From the NCBI GenBank assembly GCA_038116985.1, contig JAYOEZ010000008.1:671-64670 (forward strand): a stretch of 64,000 nt of DNA, in the 5' to 3' direction. This document shows positions 10,600 through 21,468 of this stretch, piece after piece. Position 1 is the first letter of the stretch. Each line of letters begins with the position of its first letter. A program made the position numbers and the translations under genes. The stretch is from Alphaproteobacteria bacterium (GTDB taxonomy: Bacteria; Pseudomonadota; Alphaproteobacteria; SHVP01). The notes below the pieces were generated by a model. That model was given only the letters and a program-made list of their open reading frames with translations. It made no database searches and was not told where the DNA came from.

Positions 10600-12456
10600 C
10601 TACTGTGTGTTGCGATTGAGGCGCGCCGCCTTTTCGCGGTCGATCCACCAGGTGTCGAGGAAGCCCAGAGCGTATTGTGGCGGCGTGTCGCTGGGGCGGC
10701 CGAACATGTCCCAGTAAGCGATGGTGTAGGTGCTGCGATACCACTGGGGAATAATGTACTGGTTGTGCAGCAGCACCCGGTCGAGGGCGCGGGCTGCGAG
10801 CGTCAAACTCTGGCGATCCTGCGCGCTGGCGAGCCGCTCCACGAGCGCATCGACCGCCGGGTCCAGGATGCCGCCGTCGTTGTTGCTGCCCGGCTGATCA
10901 GCGAACGCGGAGTTCCAGAAACCGCGTTCGCCGACGCCCGGGGTCGCTGAAACACCGGATGCTGCCGTGGTTATGTCGAAGTCCCGATCCTGGTCGACGC
11001 GTTGCGCGTACTGGGTCGAGTCGACGATGCGGATTGAGGCGTCGATCCCCAAGCGCTTCATATTCTGGACGATCGGCGCGAAGACCCGCTCAAACGACGG
11101 CGAGAAGGTCAGGAACTCGATCGTCATCTGCTCGCCTGCGGAGTTCACCAGGCGGCCGCTCTGTACGGTCCAGCCTGCTTCAGCAAAGAGTTGGGTGGCG
11201 CGTCGCAGGTTGCGCCGGTTGCTGCCGCTACCGTCGCTTCTCGGCTGTTCGTAGACTTCGGTGAAGATCTCTGGCGGCAACTGGTCACGCAGTGGGTTGA
11301 GAAGTTCTAACTCGGGCTCTGTCGGAAGCGTGCGGGCTGCCATGTCCGTATTCTGGTAGATGCTCTCCGAGCGCGCGTACAGATCGTAGAACAGGTTTTT
11401 GTTGGTCCACTCGAAATCGAATGCGTGGTTGATGGCACGTCGCACACGGCGGTCCGTGAACTTGTCCCGCCGCAGGTTGATGATGAAGTACTGGCGCGAT
11501 GCCGGTCCGCCGTTCGGCAAGGCTTCCTTGATCACGCGGCCGTCCTGGACCGCGGGGAAGTCGTAGCCGGTGGCCCAGATGCGTGAGGTAAACTCCTCGT
11601 TGAAGTCGAATGCGCCGGCCTTCAAGGCTTCGTGCTGCACGTCACGGTCGCGGTAGAACTCCATCACGATACGTCCGAAATTGTAGCGGCCGACGTTGAT
11701 GGGAAGGTTGTCGCCCCAATAGTCTTCGACCCGTTCCAGCGTCAACGAGCGCCCAGGGTTGACTTCGGCGATGCGGTATGGGCCGCTGCCAAGTGGCGGC
11801 TCGAAGGTGGTGTCGGCAAAGTCGCGGCCTTCGTAGTAGGCCTTGGAAAGGATGGGCAACCCTGCAACCGTTACCGGCAGATCGCGCAGGGCTGGTGCTT
11901 CGGGGTCGAAGGTATAGCGGACCTGCCGCTCGCCCACCGCTTCGACACTGATCACGTCACGCAGCACGATCCTGTATACCGGCAAAGCACCAGGGTCGGT
12001 TGTGAGCGTCTCGAAGGTGAAGATGACGTCGTCGACGGTGATCGGGGTCCCATCGTGCCATCGGGCTTCAGGGCGCAGCGTGAAGGTGATGGACTTGCGG
12101 TCGGCGGCGAGGTCGGCGGATTCAGCGACCAGCCCGTACATGGAATCAGGCTCATCCGCGCTGCTGGTCATTAGCGATTCGTTGGGCAGGCTCATGACCA
12201 CTGCGGAACGGCCGCGAAAGCGGATGCCCTTCAGCGTGAAAGGGTTGACCGTGTCGAAAGTTCCCTCGCCGCCGGCCAGTTTCAGCGTCCCACCGCGCGG
12301 CGCGTCGGGATTGACGTAGTCGAAGTGCTTGAAGTCCGGTCCGTACTTGAGATCGCCGAAGGTCGAAATGCCGTGTCGCGGTTCGGCCGCAGCGATGCTC
12401 GCTGCCAGGAACAGCAGGGCGCCGGCGACAAACGGTACGGAGCGCACGCAAGTCAC
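10600..12456 (-). CDS. yejA: Extracellular solute-binding protein, family 5 (YejA-like), copy 2 in transcription order
   Basis: GTG start, signal peptide (FLAASIAAAEP). Family-5 SBP similar to the upstream paralog (shared blocks FDYVNPDAP, LRPEARWHDG, GSGPYRI, NVGRYNF). Confidence 0.8.
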   Translation of the reverse strand: MTCVRSVPFVAGALLFLAASIAAAEPRHGISTFGDLKYGPDFKHFDYVNPDAPRGGTLKLAGGEGTFDTVNPFTLKGIRFRGRSAVVMSLPNESLMTSSADEPDSMYGLVAESADLAADRKSITFTLRPEARWHDGTPITVDDVIFTFETLTTDPGALPVYRIVLRDVISVEAVGERQVRYTFDPEAPALRDLPVTVAGLPILSKAYYEGRDFADTTFEPPLGSGPYRIAEVNPGRSLTLERVEDYWGDNLPINVGRYNFGRIVMEFYRDRDVQHEALKAGAFDFNEEFTSRIWATGYDFPAVQDGRVIKEALPNGGPASRQYFIINLRRDKFTDRRVRRAINHAFDFEWTNKNLFYDLYARSESIYQNTDMAARTLPTEPELELLNPLRDQLPPEIFTEVYEQPRSDGSGSNRRNLRRATQLFAEAGWTVQSGRLVNSAGEQMTIEFLTFSPSFERVFAPIVQNMKRLGIDASIRIVDSTQYAQRVDQDRDFDITTAASGVSATPGVGERGFWNSAFADQPGSNNDGGILDPAVDALVERLASAQDRQSLTLAARALDRVLLHNQYIIPQWYRSTYTIAYWDMFGRPSDTPPQYALGFLDTWWIDREKAARLNRNTQ

Positions 12457-14288
12457 TATCGGTTCCTAGCGGCTTCGACGCGGTCGAGTTTCTCGAGATC
12501 GATCCACCAGGCGAAGATGTCGACACTGAACTTAGGATCGGTAGCGGGGCGCCCGAACTTGTCCCACACCGCCAGCCGCGTATGAGGCACGTGGTACTGC
12601 GGTATGACGTAGAAGCTCCACAGCAGCACCCGGTCTAGCGCCCGGGTGACTGCCACCAGATGTTCGCGGTCGGGCGCGCTGATAACCGCCTGTATCAATT
12701 CGTCGATCATCGGGTCGTTGATACCGGCGAGGTTGCGCCCGCCCTCGCGCGTGGCCGAATCCGAGCCCCAGAAATCCCGCTGCTCGTTGCCAGGCGAAAA
12801 CGACTGGCGGAACGTTGTGACCACCATGTCGAAGTCGTAGGTATCGAGGCGACGCTGATACTGCGGGACGTCGATGCTTCGGACCGTCGCCTTGACGCCA
12901 AGCTTTTCCAGATTGGCGGTGAAGGGGAGAACCATCCTTTCGAGACTGGCCTGAACCAACAGGATCTCGAACTCAAGCGGTTTGCCGGTCTCGTCGTTCG
13001 TCAGAACGCCGTTCTTGATCGACCAGCCGGCGTCCTTGAGCAGACGCGCGGCCTCGCGGAGCTGTCGCCGCGGGTTCCCGGAGGCATTCGTCTTCGGCAG
13101 CGTGAATGGTTCGCTGAAGACTTCATCCGGCAATTGCTTCCGGTACGGTTCGAGGTATTCCAGTTCCAGGCCCTCTGGCAGGCCGCTGGAGGCGAGTTCC
13201 ATGTTCTCGAAGTAACTCGAGGTGCGCTTGTACTGATCGTAGAACAGCGCCTTGTTCGACCACTCGAAATCGAAGGCGTAGCCCAGCGCGCGGCGGACCT
13301 GGCGATCGGTAAAGATGTCGCGCCGCGTGTTGAAGATGAAGGCTTGCATCCCAGGCGAGCTTCCGAGAGGAATCTCCTCTTTCTTGATCAACCCTTGTCT
13401 AAACGCCGGTGTGTCGTAAGCCGTGGCCCAGTCCTTGGCCGAACTCTCCGAGTAGTAATCGAATTCGTAGGACTTGAAGGCTTCGCGCGCGACGGTCAGG
13501 TCCCGGTAATAGTCGACGCGTATCTCGTCGAAATTGTAGCGCCCGACGTTCACGGGCAGGCTCTTGCCCCAATAGTCGTCGTCGCGTGCGTAGGTGATGA
13601 AACGCCCAGGCTCGAGCGCCTTGATGCGGTAGGGACCGCTGCCGACGGGCGGCTCAAGGCTCGTTTCGGCAAAGGGCACCTCTTCGTAGTAGTGTTTCGG
13701 CAGCACCGAGAGCTGTCCCATGATGTTCGGCAGTTCGCGGTTTGTCGGCCCGCTGAACGTGAACTTGACGCGATGGTCGTTGATCTTCTCGGCCGATGCG
13801 ACGTCCTTGTAGTACTGACGATAAAAGGGATGACCCTCGGTGGTCAGCGCCTCGAAACTGAAGACGACGTCGTCGGCGGTGATGGGTTCGCCGTCATGCC
13901 AACGAGCTTCCGGTCGCAGGTTGAAGATCACCCAGGAATAATCCTCGGGCACCTCCACCGTCTCCGCGATCAGGCCGTACTCTGCGCTGGTATCGATCTC
14001 GTCGAACGAGCTCGTCATCAGCGTCTCGAACAGAAGGCCGACGCCTGCGCCGGTGTTGCCCTTCAGGATGAACGGATTGAGCGTGTCGTAGGTGCCGATC
14101 GCCATCTGCCGAAGCAGGCCGCCCTTCGGCGCGTCGGGATTGACGTAGTCGAAGTGCTCAAATTCGGGGCCGTACTTGGGCGTGCCGAATTGGACAAGGA
14201 CGTGGGTAGGCGTCGCTTCCTGAGCCTGGGCGGACAGGGCGACCAGGACGCCCAGGAAGACCGAGGCGGTCCAGCGTTTCCACAACAT
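12456..14288 (-). CDS. yejA: Extracellular solute-binding protein, family 5 (YejA-like), copy 1 in transcription order
   Basis: The track ORF starts at TTG 14300. ATG at 14288 is preferred (GGGGAA 5 nt upstream; MLWKRWTASVFLGVLVALSAQAQE signal peptide). Confidence 0.8.
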   Translation of the reverse strand: MLWKRWTASVFLGVLVALSAQAQEATPTHVLVQFGTPKYGPEFEHFDYVNPDAPKGGLLRQMAIGTYDTLNPFILKGNTGAGVGLLFETLMTSSFDEIDTSAEYGLIAETVEVPEDYSWVIFNLRPEARWHDGEPITADDVVFSFEALTTEGHPFYRQYYKDVASAEKINDHRVKFTFSGPTNRELPNIMGQLSVLPKHYYEEVPFAETSLEPPVGSGPYRIKALEPGRFITYARDDDYWGKSLPVNVGRYNFDEIRVDYYRDLTVAREAFKSYEFDYYSESSAKDWATAYDTPAFRQGLIKKEEIPLGSSPGMQAFIFNTRRDIFTDRQVRRALGYAFDFEWSNKALFYDQYKRTSSYFENMELASSGLPEGLELEYLEPYRKQLPDEVFSEPFTLPKTNASGNPRRQLREAARLLKDAGWSIKNGVLTNDETGKPLEFEILLVQASLERMVLPFTANLEKLGVKATVRSIDVPQYQRRLDTYDFDMVVTTFRQSFSPGNEQRDFWGSDSATREGGRNLAGINDPMIDELIQAVISAPDREHLVAVTRALDRVLLWSFYVIPQYHVPHTRLAVWDKFGRPATDPKFSVDIFAWWIDLEKLDRVEAARNR

Positions 14289-14336
14289 GCCGTTCCCCAA
14301 TACCGTTCATTCACCACGTGAACGAATAATAGCCAA

Positions 14337-14370
14337 TTTGGGCGCTGCGGTGGCGGTTCGCAAGCCCAAA
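14337..14370 (-). terminator. Candidate intrinsic terminator after the hisN-like gene
   Basis: Minus strand reads TTTGGGC-TT-GCG-AACCGCCAC-CGC-AGC-GCCCAAA (perfect 7-bp outer stem), followed by a moderately U-rich UUGGCUAUUAUU. Confidence 0.35.
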
Positions 14371-14391
14371 CGCCTACACACGATCGTTACG

Positions 14392-15165
14392 CTAGCCTGA
14401 GAGAATCTTCTTTGCCTGTTCGTGTACGCGCGGGTCGCCCGCGGCCAGAACGTGCCCAGACGCGCCTTCGCGTAGCGGCTTTCCATGCCAGTCCGTGATG
14501 ATACCGCCGGCTTCCTCGATCAGCGGCACCAGCGTCGCGTAGTCCCACAGCTTGAGACCGCGTTCGACCACCAGATCTATATGTCCGGAAGCGAGCAGGG
14601 CGTAGGCGTAGCAGTCGCTGCCCCAGCGGTTACGGGCGACAGCGCGGCGCAGCGTTTCGAAAGCTGGGGCCCTGTCGAACATGGACGGGTCGGTGGCGTC
14701 GAGAAACGCCTCGTCGAGGGCGGCGCAGCCGCGCACCCGAACGCGTGCGCCGTTCAGCGTCGCGCCATGGCCGCGCGCACCGATCCAACGCTCGCCAGTG
14801 ATCGGCTGGTCGATGACGCCAAGCAGCGGCGCGCCGTCGCGCCACAACGCGATCAGCGTGCCGAAGATCGGTTTTCCGGTGATGAAAGAGCCGGTGCCGT
14901 CGATGGGATCGAGAATCCAGCAATAGGCGGCGTCAGAATGCGTGTTGCCGAATTCCTCGCCGACGATGCCATGGTCCGGATACGTCGCCGCGATCAGCGC
15001 CCGCATGGCTTGCTCGGCCTCACGGTCGGCTATCGTGACGGGAGATTCGTCGGATTTCGCTTCGACGGCGAAGGGCTGCCGGAAATACTTGCGAATGACC
15101 TCGCCGGCTCGGTCCGCCAGGGTCTCCGCGAAGGCGACGAATTCGGCTGGGCAGCGCTCAGCCAC
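14392..15165 (-). CDS. hisN: Inositol monophosphatase family protein, probably histidinol-phosphatase HisN
   Basis: IMPase motifs SPVTIADREAE, WILDPIDGT, WDYA. ORF 14392..15477 trimmed to GTG 15165 because its upstream part overlaps the cytochrome c gene and is Arg/Pro-rich junk. Confidence 0.65.
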   Translation of the reverse strand: MAERCPAEFVAFAETLADRAGEVIRKYFRQPFAVEAKSDESPVTIADREAEQAMRALIAATYPDHGIVGEEFGNTHSDAAYCWILDPIDGTGSFITGKPIFGTLIALWRDGAPLLGVIDQPITGERWIGARGHGATLNGARVRVRGCAALDEAFLDATDPSMFDRAPAFETLRRAVARNRWGSDCYAYALLASGHIDLVVERGLKLWDYATLVPLIEEAGGIITDWHGKPLREGASGHVLAAGDPRVHEQAKKILSG

Positions 15166-15179
15166 CCGGTGGCGTATCC

Positions 15180-15722
15180 CTAGTTGGCCGGGAGCGGCAG
15201 CGGCGAATCCGACTGCTGGCGCATGTAGCTCAGGATGGCAGCCCGCTCTTCGGGGTTGCGCAGGCCGGCAAAGCTCATCTTGGTGCCCGAGAGCGCGTTC
15301 CGCGGCGAAGCGAGGAAGGCGTCGAGTTCCTCGTAGCTCCACGTTCCACCCTTCTCCGCCATCGCGGACGAATAGGAGAAGCCGTCCTTGGCGCCCGGCG
15401 TGGCGCCGACGATGTTGTACAGATTGGGGCCGACCTTGTTGTCGCCGCCCTTTTCGAAGGTGTGGCAGGACACGCATTTACGCGAAACGCGTTCGCCCGC
15501 CTCGGCGGTGGCATTGGCGAGAAGGACGGGGAAGGGCGGCGTCTCTGGCTCGCTGCTCGCCATGGCGTCGTGGCTATCCTCGGCGACCGCGATCTCACCG
15601 TACGCCTGGCCCTCTGTTTCGTGGGGGCTGAAGATGGTCTCGCTGATCTTCGACACGACCAGAACGACCAGAATCGTCCCCAGAATGGCGCCAGCGTACT
15701 TATTGAGTTCAAAGGTATCCAT
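15180..15722 (-). CDS. Membrane-anchored c-type cytochrome
   Basis: N-terminal TM helix (AGAILGTILVVLVVSKI), heme motif CVSCH, distal Met region GTKMSFAGL. Confidence 0.8.
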   Translation of the reverse strand: MDTFELNKYAGAILGTILVVLVVSKISETIFSPHETEGQAYGEIAVAEDSHDAMASSEPETPPFPVLLANATAEAGERVSRKCVSCHTFEKGGDNKVGPNLYNIVGATPGAKDGFSYSSAMAEKGGTWSYEELDAFLASPRNALSGTKMSFAGLRNPEERAAILSYMRQQSDSPLPLPAN

Positions 15723-15943
15723 CGACCACTACCTCAGGCTTGCGATTGCGCCGACTATTCCTGAAATCGGTTGCTGGCGCAACGAATTGACGGCCGCATA
15801 AGTAGCCCAAATCGGGCCCGCCTTCCAGCCCCGGATGGCGAAAAAACGAATGATTTTCATTGGCTTAGGTCATACGATCCGGCCCGGCGGCGGTGCGGCG
15901 ATTTGTCCCCCGCGGTCGGGGTACCAGGGGTCGGGGTCCTTCC

Positions 15944-16690
15944 ATGAGCCGAACGATGATCGTCATTCCGGCACGCATGGCGTCGACGCGCCTTCCAGGC
16001 AAGCCGCTGGCCGATATCGGTGGCCGACCGATGATCGAGCACGTCTGGCGTCGCGCCATGGAGGCCGCAGTCGGCCCTGTCGTGGTGGCCTGCGCCGAGC
16101 CGGAAATCGCTGATGTGATCAAGCAAGCAGGGGGCCGCGCCGTGCTCACGCGGGCCGATCACCCTTCCGGTTCGGACCGGGTCCACGAAGCCTTGCAGGT
16201 GATCGAGGAGACCCCTGAGTTCGTGATCAACCTGCAGGGCGACCTGCCGACGATCGATCCGGCGTCGATTCGGGCGTTGGCCGACACGCTGACCGGCGCC
16301 GCCGGCGATATGGATCTCGCGACGCTTGTGACCGAAATTCGTTCCGAGGAAGAAGCGGCGGACGAGAACGTGACGAAGGCCGTCGTCGCCTTTGCGGCTG
16401 ACGGCAAGACCGGGCATGCGCTGTATTTCTCACGGCTCCCCGTGCCGTTTGGCGTCGGACCCCGCTACCACCACATCGGAATCTATGCCTATCGGCGCGC
16501 TGCGCTCGACCGTTTCGTCAACCTGCCGCCCAGCCCGCTCGAAATGCGCGAGCGGCTGGAACAATTGCGCGCTCTGGAGGCGGGCATGACGGTCGCCGTT
16601 CGCCGCGTTGACAGTGTTCCGCTCGGCGTCGATACTCCCGCCCACCTCGCCGAGGCAAGGCGAATTCTTGCCCATAAATCAACTGGTTAG
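15944..16690 (+). CDS. kdsB: 3-deoxy-manno-octulosonate cytidylyltransferase
   Basis: MIVIPARMASTRLPGKPLADIGGRPMI N-terminus. ORF trimmed to ATG 15944. Confidence 0.9.
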   Translation: MSRTMIVIPARMASTRLPGKPLADIGGRPMIEHVWRRAMEAAVGPVVVACAEPEIADVIKQAGGRAVLTRADHPSGSDRVHEALQVIEETPEFVINLQGDLPTIDPASIRALADTLTGAAGDMDLATLVTEIRSEEEAADENVTKAVVAFAADGKTGHALYFSRLPVPFGVGPRYHHIGIYAYRRAALDRFVNLPPSPLEMRERLEQLRALEAGMTVAVRRVDSVPLGVDTPAHLAEARRILAHKSTG

Positions 16691-16696
16691 ACCCAA

Positions 16697-17545
16697 ATGG
16701 CGACACCTGAGAATACCATCGCCTTCCAGGGTGTGCCCGGCGCCTATTCGAACCTGGCCTGCCGCAACGCCTATCCGGACCTGGATGCTTTGCCGTGTCC
16801 GTCTTTCGAGGACGCGTTCGACGCCGTCAAATCGGGCCGTGCCGGCCTGGCGATGATTCCGATTGAAAACTCCTTGGCGGGACGCGTCGCCGATATTCAC
16901 ACGCTCCTGCCGGACTCGGGTCTGTTCATCGTCGGTGAGCACTTCCAGCGTGTGAACCACTGTTTGCTCGGCGTTCAGGGCAGCGAGGTCTCCGATCTCA
17001 AGGTCGTGCACAGCCACATCCAGGCGCTGACCCAGTGCAGGAACCTGATTCGCAGCCTCGGCCTTAAGCAGGAAGTCGAGGCGGACACCGCGGGGTCAGC
17101 TCAGGAAATCGCCGAGCGCAGCGATAAGGCGCATGCGGCCATCGCGTCGGACATGGCCGCGGAAATCTACGGGCTCGATGTGCTCCGGCGCGACATCGAA
17201 GACGCAGACCACAACACCACGCGTTTCGTGGTGTTGTCGCGCACGGCCAAGCGCCCGGAAGCCGGCGTCGGCCCCGCCATGACGTCGTTCGTCTTCCAGG
17301 TGCGCAATGTGCCTGCGGCGCTCTACAAGGCGATGGGCGGTTTCGCAACCAACGGCGTCAACATGACGAAGCTCGAGAGCTATCAGGTAGGCGGCAGTTT
17401 CAACGCGACCCAGTTCTACGCCGACATAGAGGGGCATGCCGACGACAAGAACGTCAGCCTCGCGCTCGAGGAACTGCATTTCTTCACGTCGAAACTGAAG
17501 ATTCTCGGGGTTTATCCCGCGCATCCGTTCCGCGGGATCTCCTAG
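16697..17545 (+). CDS. pheA: Prephenate dehydratase
   Basis: IAFQGVPGAYS N-terminus, TRF motif (NTTRFVVL), C-terminal ACT domain. Confidence 0.9.
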   Translation: MATPENTIAFQGVPGAYSNLACRNAYPDLDALPCPSFEDAFDAVKSGRAGLAMIPIENSLAGRVADIHTLLPDSGLFIVGEHFQRVNHCLLGVQGSEVSDLKVVHSHIQALTQCRNLIRSLGLKQEVEADTAGSAQEIAERSDKAHAAIASDMAAEIYGLDVLRRDIEDADHNTTRFVVLSRTAKRPEAGVGPAMTSFVFQVRNVPAALYKAMGGFATNGVNMTKLESYQVGGSFNATQFYADIEGHADDKNVSLALEELHFFTSKLKILGVYPAHPFRGIS

Positions 17546-17546
17546 G

Positions 17547-18527
17547 TCAGGATTCGTCGATCGCCCAGGTGCGCAACAACTGATGCGCGATCGCCATTGG
17601 CGCCGGCACTTTGAGCCCCAATTCCCCCACACCTTCAAACGAATCGGCCCGCGAAAGGGGATCGACGGCCAGCGCGGTGACGCGCTCGACGGCTGCGCGA
17701 ATGATCTTGCGATTGACCCAGCGCGCATCTTCCAGCTCGATGTCGTCGACCGAGATCTCGGTGCTCGCGGCCTCGCCGATGCAGCCGATCATCAACGACG
17801 ACGGATAGGGCCATGGCTGCGAGGAGTGATAGCGCACCGGTCCGACGGCGATACCGGTTTCCTCGGCGACCTCCCTGCGAACCGCTTCCTCGATCGATTC
17901 GCCCGGCTCCATGAAGCCGGCGAGCGTCGAGTAGAAGCCCTCTGGGAACCACTTCTGGCGCCCGATGAGGCAGTCGTCGCCGTGGTGGATCAGCATGATC
18001 ACAACAGGATCGGTGCGCGGAAAGTGTTGCGCAGCGCATGCCGCGCTCGTGCACCGTCGGAGATAGCCGCCGCCGCGCATCTCTGTCGGCGCGCCGCAGA
18101 CCGCGCAATGGCCGTGGCGGGCGTGCCAGTCGATCAGCGACCTGGCCTGGGCGAGGAGCGCCGCGTCGGCATGCGGGATGGCAGGCGCGACGGTGCGCAC
18201 TTCCTCGAAGCGGACGGCGCCGGGAAACGGGGCGTCCTCGCCGGCAGTCACAACTTCTGTTGCAAAGTGAGGTCTCCCCTCTGGGTCCAGCCCCAGCAGG
18301 ATCGTGGTCGCGCCTGATGCCGCCCCGGTTTCCACCGCGTCACTCCAGTAGAGCCGTGTCGGCCCGTCGGCAGCGATCGGCGCCTTCAGTCGCCAAAGGG
18401 GCAGAAAGCGCGCGTCCGCTGCGCGCATCTGGCCTTCGAGCCACAACTGATCGCGGCGTAGATTTCCCGCGCGATCGAGGAGACTTCCAGAAAACGTGTT
18501 GCCTTCGAAGGATGATTGCGAAGTCAT
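17547..18527 (-). CDS. nudC: NAD+ diphosphatase (Nudix, NudC-like)
   Basis: Zinc ribbon CAVCGAPT...CTSAAC. Nudix box GFMEPGESIEEAVRREVAEETGI. Trimmed to ATG 18527. Confidence 0.8.
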   Translation of the reverse strand: MTSQSSFEGNTFSGSLLDRAGNLRRDQLWLEGQMRAADARFLPLWRLKAPIAADGPTRLYWSDAVETGAASGATTILLGLDPEGRPHFATEVVTAGEDAPFPGAVRFEEVRTVAPAIPHADAALLAQARSLIDWHARHGHCAVCGAPTEMRGGGYLRRCTSAACAAQHFPRTDPVVIMLIHHGDDCLIGRQKWFPEGFYSTLAGFMEPGESIEEAVRREVAEETGIAVGPVRYHSSQPWPYPSSLMIGCIGEAASTEISVDDIELEDARWVNRKIIRAAVERVTALAVDPLSRADSFEGVGELGLKVPAPMAIAHQLLRTWAIDES

Positions 18528-18607
18528 TGGGCAGGACTTATATCCCGATTGCGTCGCGAGGGGCAGCCCGCCATGGCAGCCCCTAAGCAATGCGATATAG
18601 TGCCTAT

Positions 18608-18706
18608 GGGAGGTTGGCGGCGGACGGTCGCGCTCGCCAACCCGGTCAGGTCCGGAAGGAAGCAGCCGTAACGGGATGCTATCGGGTCGCCATCACCAGC
18701 CTCCCA
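18608..18706 (+). ncRNA. ffs: Signal recognition particle RNA (small/4.5S type)
   Basis: Contains the invariant domain IV string GGUCAGGUCCGGAAGGAAGCAGCC. 5' GGGAGGUUGG pairs with 3' CCAGCCUCCC. Lies directly upstream of dnaX, a common position. Confidence 0.85.
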
Positions 18707-18752
18707 CCCGCACCGCCCGGGTGCCGGTTCAACGCCGCCAATCAAGGGTTGC

Positions 18753-20536
<1,784 letters not shown>

Positions 20537-20540
<4 letters not shown>

Positions 20541-20857
20541 AGAACCTCGCTCAGATGATGAAGCAGGCGCAGCAGATGCAATCCAAGATGGCGGAGATGC
20601 AGGAGCAGCTTGCAGAAGCGGAGGTCACGGGCGTGTCCGGCGGCGGGCTCGTCGAGGTGACGCTCAACGGCAAGGGCGAGATGCGCCGCGCCAGGATCGA
20701 CCCGTCTCTTCTGACAGGCGAGCCGGAAATCGTTGAGGATCTCATCGTCGCCGCGCACAACGATGCAAAAGGAAAAGTCGAGCAGCACGTTGCCGAGGAG
20801 ATGAAGAAGGTGACGGGTGGGCTCGAACTCCCGGCGGGCATGAAACTTCCGTTCTAG
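20537..20857 (+). CDS. ybaB: Nucleoid-associated protein YbaB/EbfC
   Basis: GTGA overlap with dna[19 protein letters not shown]...[14 protein letters not shown] pattern. Confidence 0.9.
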
Positions 20858-20865
20858 GCGGGCTG

Positions 20866-21468
20866 GTGCAAAGTTCCGAGATCGAGGGCCTGATCCAGGT
20901 TCTGTCGAAGTTGCCGGGCCTTGGCCCGCGGTCGGCGCGTCGCGCGGTTCTTCACCTGCTCAAGAAGAAAGAAACCCTACTGCGCCCCCTGGCTGACGCG
21001 TTGGTTCGCGCCGGTGATGCCGTGCACGAGTGTTCCGTCTGCGGCAACCTCGACACCGCCCAGCCCTGCCGCTTCTGCACCGACCCTCGCCGCGACGACG
21101 CGGTGATTTGCGTGGTCGAAGACGTCGCCGATCTCTGGGCGCTGGAACGTGTCATCGACTACAAGGGCCGTTTCCACGTACTTGGCGGCGTCCTTTCCGC
21201 GCTCGACGGCATCGGGCCGGAAGATCTGCGCATCTCGTCTCTGGTCACGAGAGTTCGCCAGGGCACGGTGGGGGAGGTCATCTTGGCGACCGGTGCCACC
21301 GTCGACGGTCAAACCACTGCGCATTATGTGGCGGACCGCCTCGCGGATACGGGCGTTTCGATCACGCGGCTGGCGCATGGTGTGCCGGTCGGAGGCGAAC
21401 TCGACTACCTTGATGAAGGCACGTTGAACACCGCTCTGAAGGCGCGCCGTCCGGTCGGCTTGGCTTGA
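20866..21468 (+). CDS. recR: Recombination protein RecR
   Basis: GTG start. [14 protein letters not shown] helix-hairpin-helix, Cys4 finger CSVCGNL...CRFC, Toprim domain. Confidence 0.95.
   Translation: MQSSEIEGLIQVLSKLPGLGPRSARRAVLHLLKKKETLLRPLADALVRAGDAVHECSVCGNLDTAQPCRFCTDPRRDDAVICVVEDVADLWALERVIDYKGRFHVLGGVLSALDGIGPEDLRISSLVTRVRQGTVGEVILATGATVDGQTTAHYVADRLADTGVSITRLAHGVPVGGELDYLDEGTLNTALKARRPVGLA

Noticed and set aside
12660-14321. A 553-codon ORF antisense to the first yejA gene. Similar long shadow ORFs occur elsewhere: 6937..7962, 3176..4051, 19449..20396, 23708..24694, 33293..34153, 48444..49325, 60861..61889, and same-strand alternate frames such as 25618..26508.
   Set aside because: Each lies entirely within a gene with clear family motifs on the other strand or frame. 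Their translations are Arg/Asp/Val/Gly-rich with no recognisable motifs. Stop-free antisense frames are expected in DNA with strongly GC-biased third codon positions.
14392-15477. Long N-terminal extensions proposed by the ORF track. Affected ORFs are hisN-like (to 15477), DUF2336 (from 29842), ggt (to 42169), terB-like (to 59791), engB (to 33152), the argE-like gene (to 53264) and GST (to 2771).
   Set aside because: The extensions overlap the neighbouring gene's coding sequence and are Arg/Pro/Ala-rich. Family-typical N-termini or signal peptides begin at internal start codons, so I trimmed the calls.
15849-15861. AATGATTTTCATT, a Fur-box-like palindrome between the cytochrome c gene and kdsB.
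   Set aside because: It is a single 13-nt match with a short arm, with no iron-related gene context beyond a cytochrome. It is too weak to call a regulatory site.
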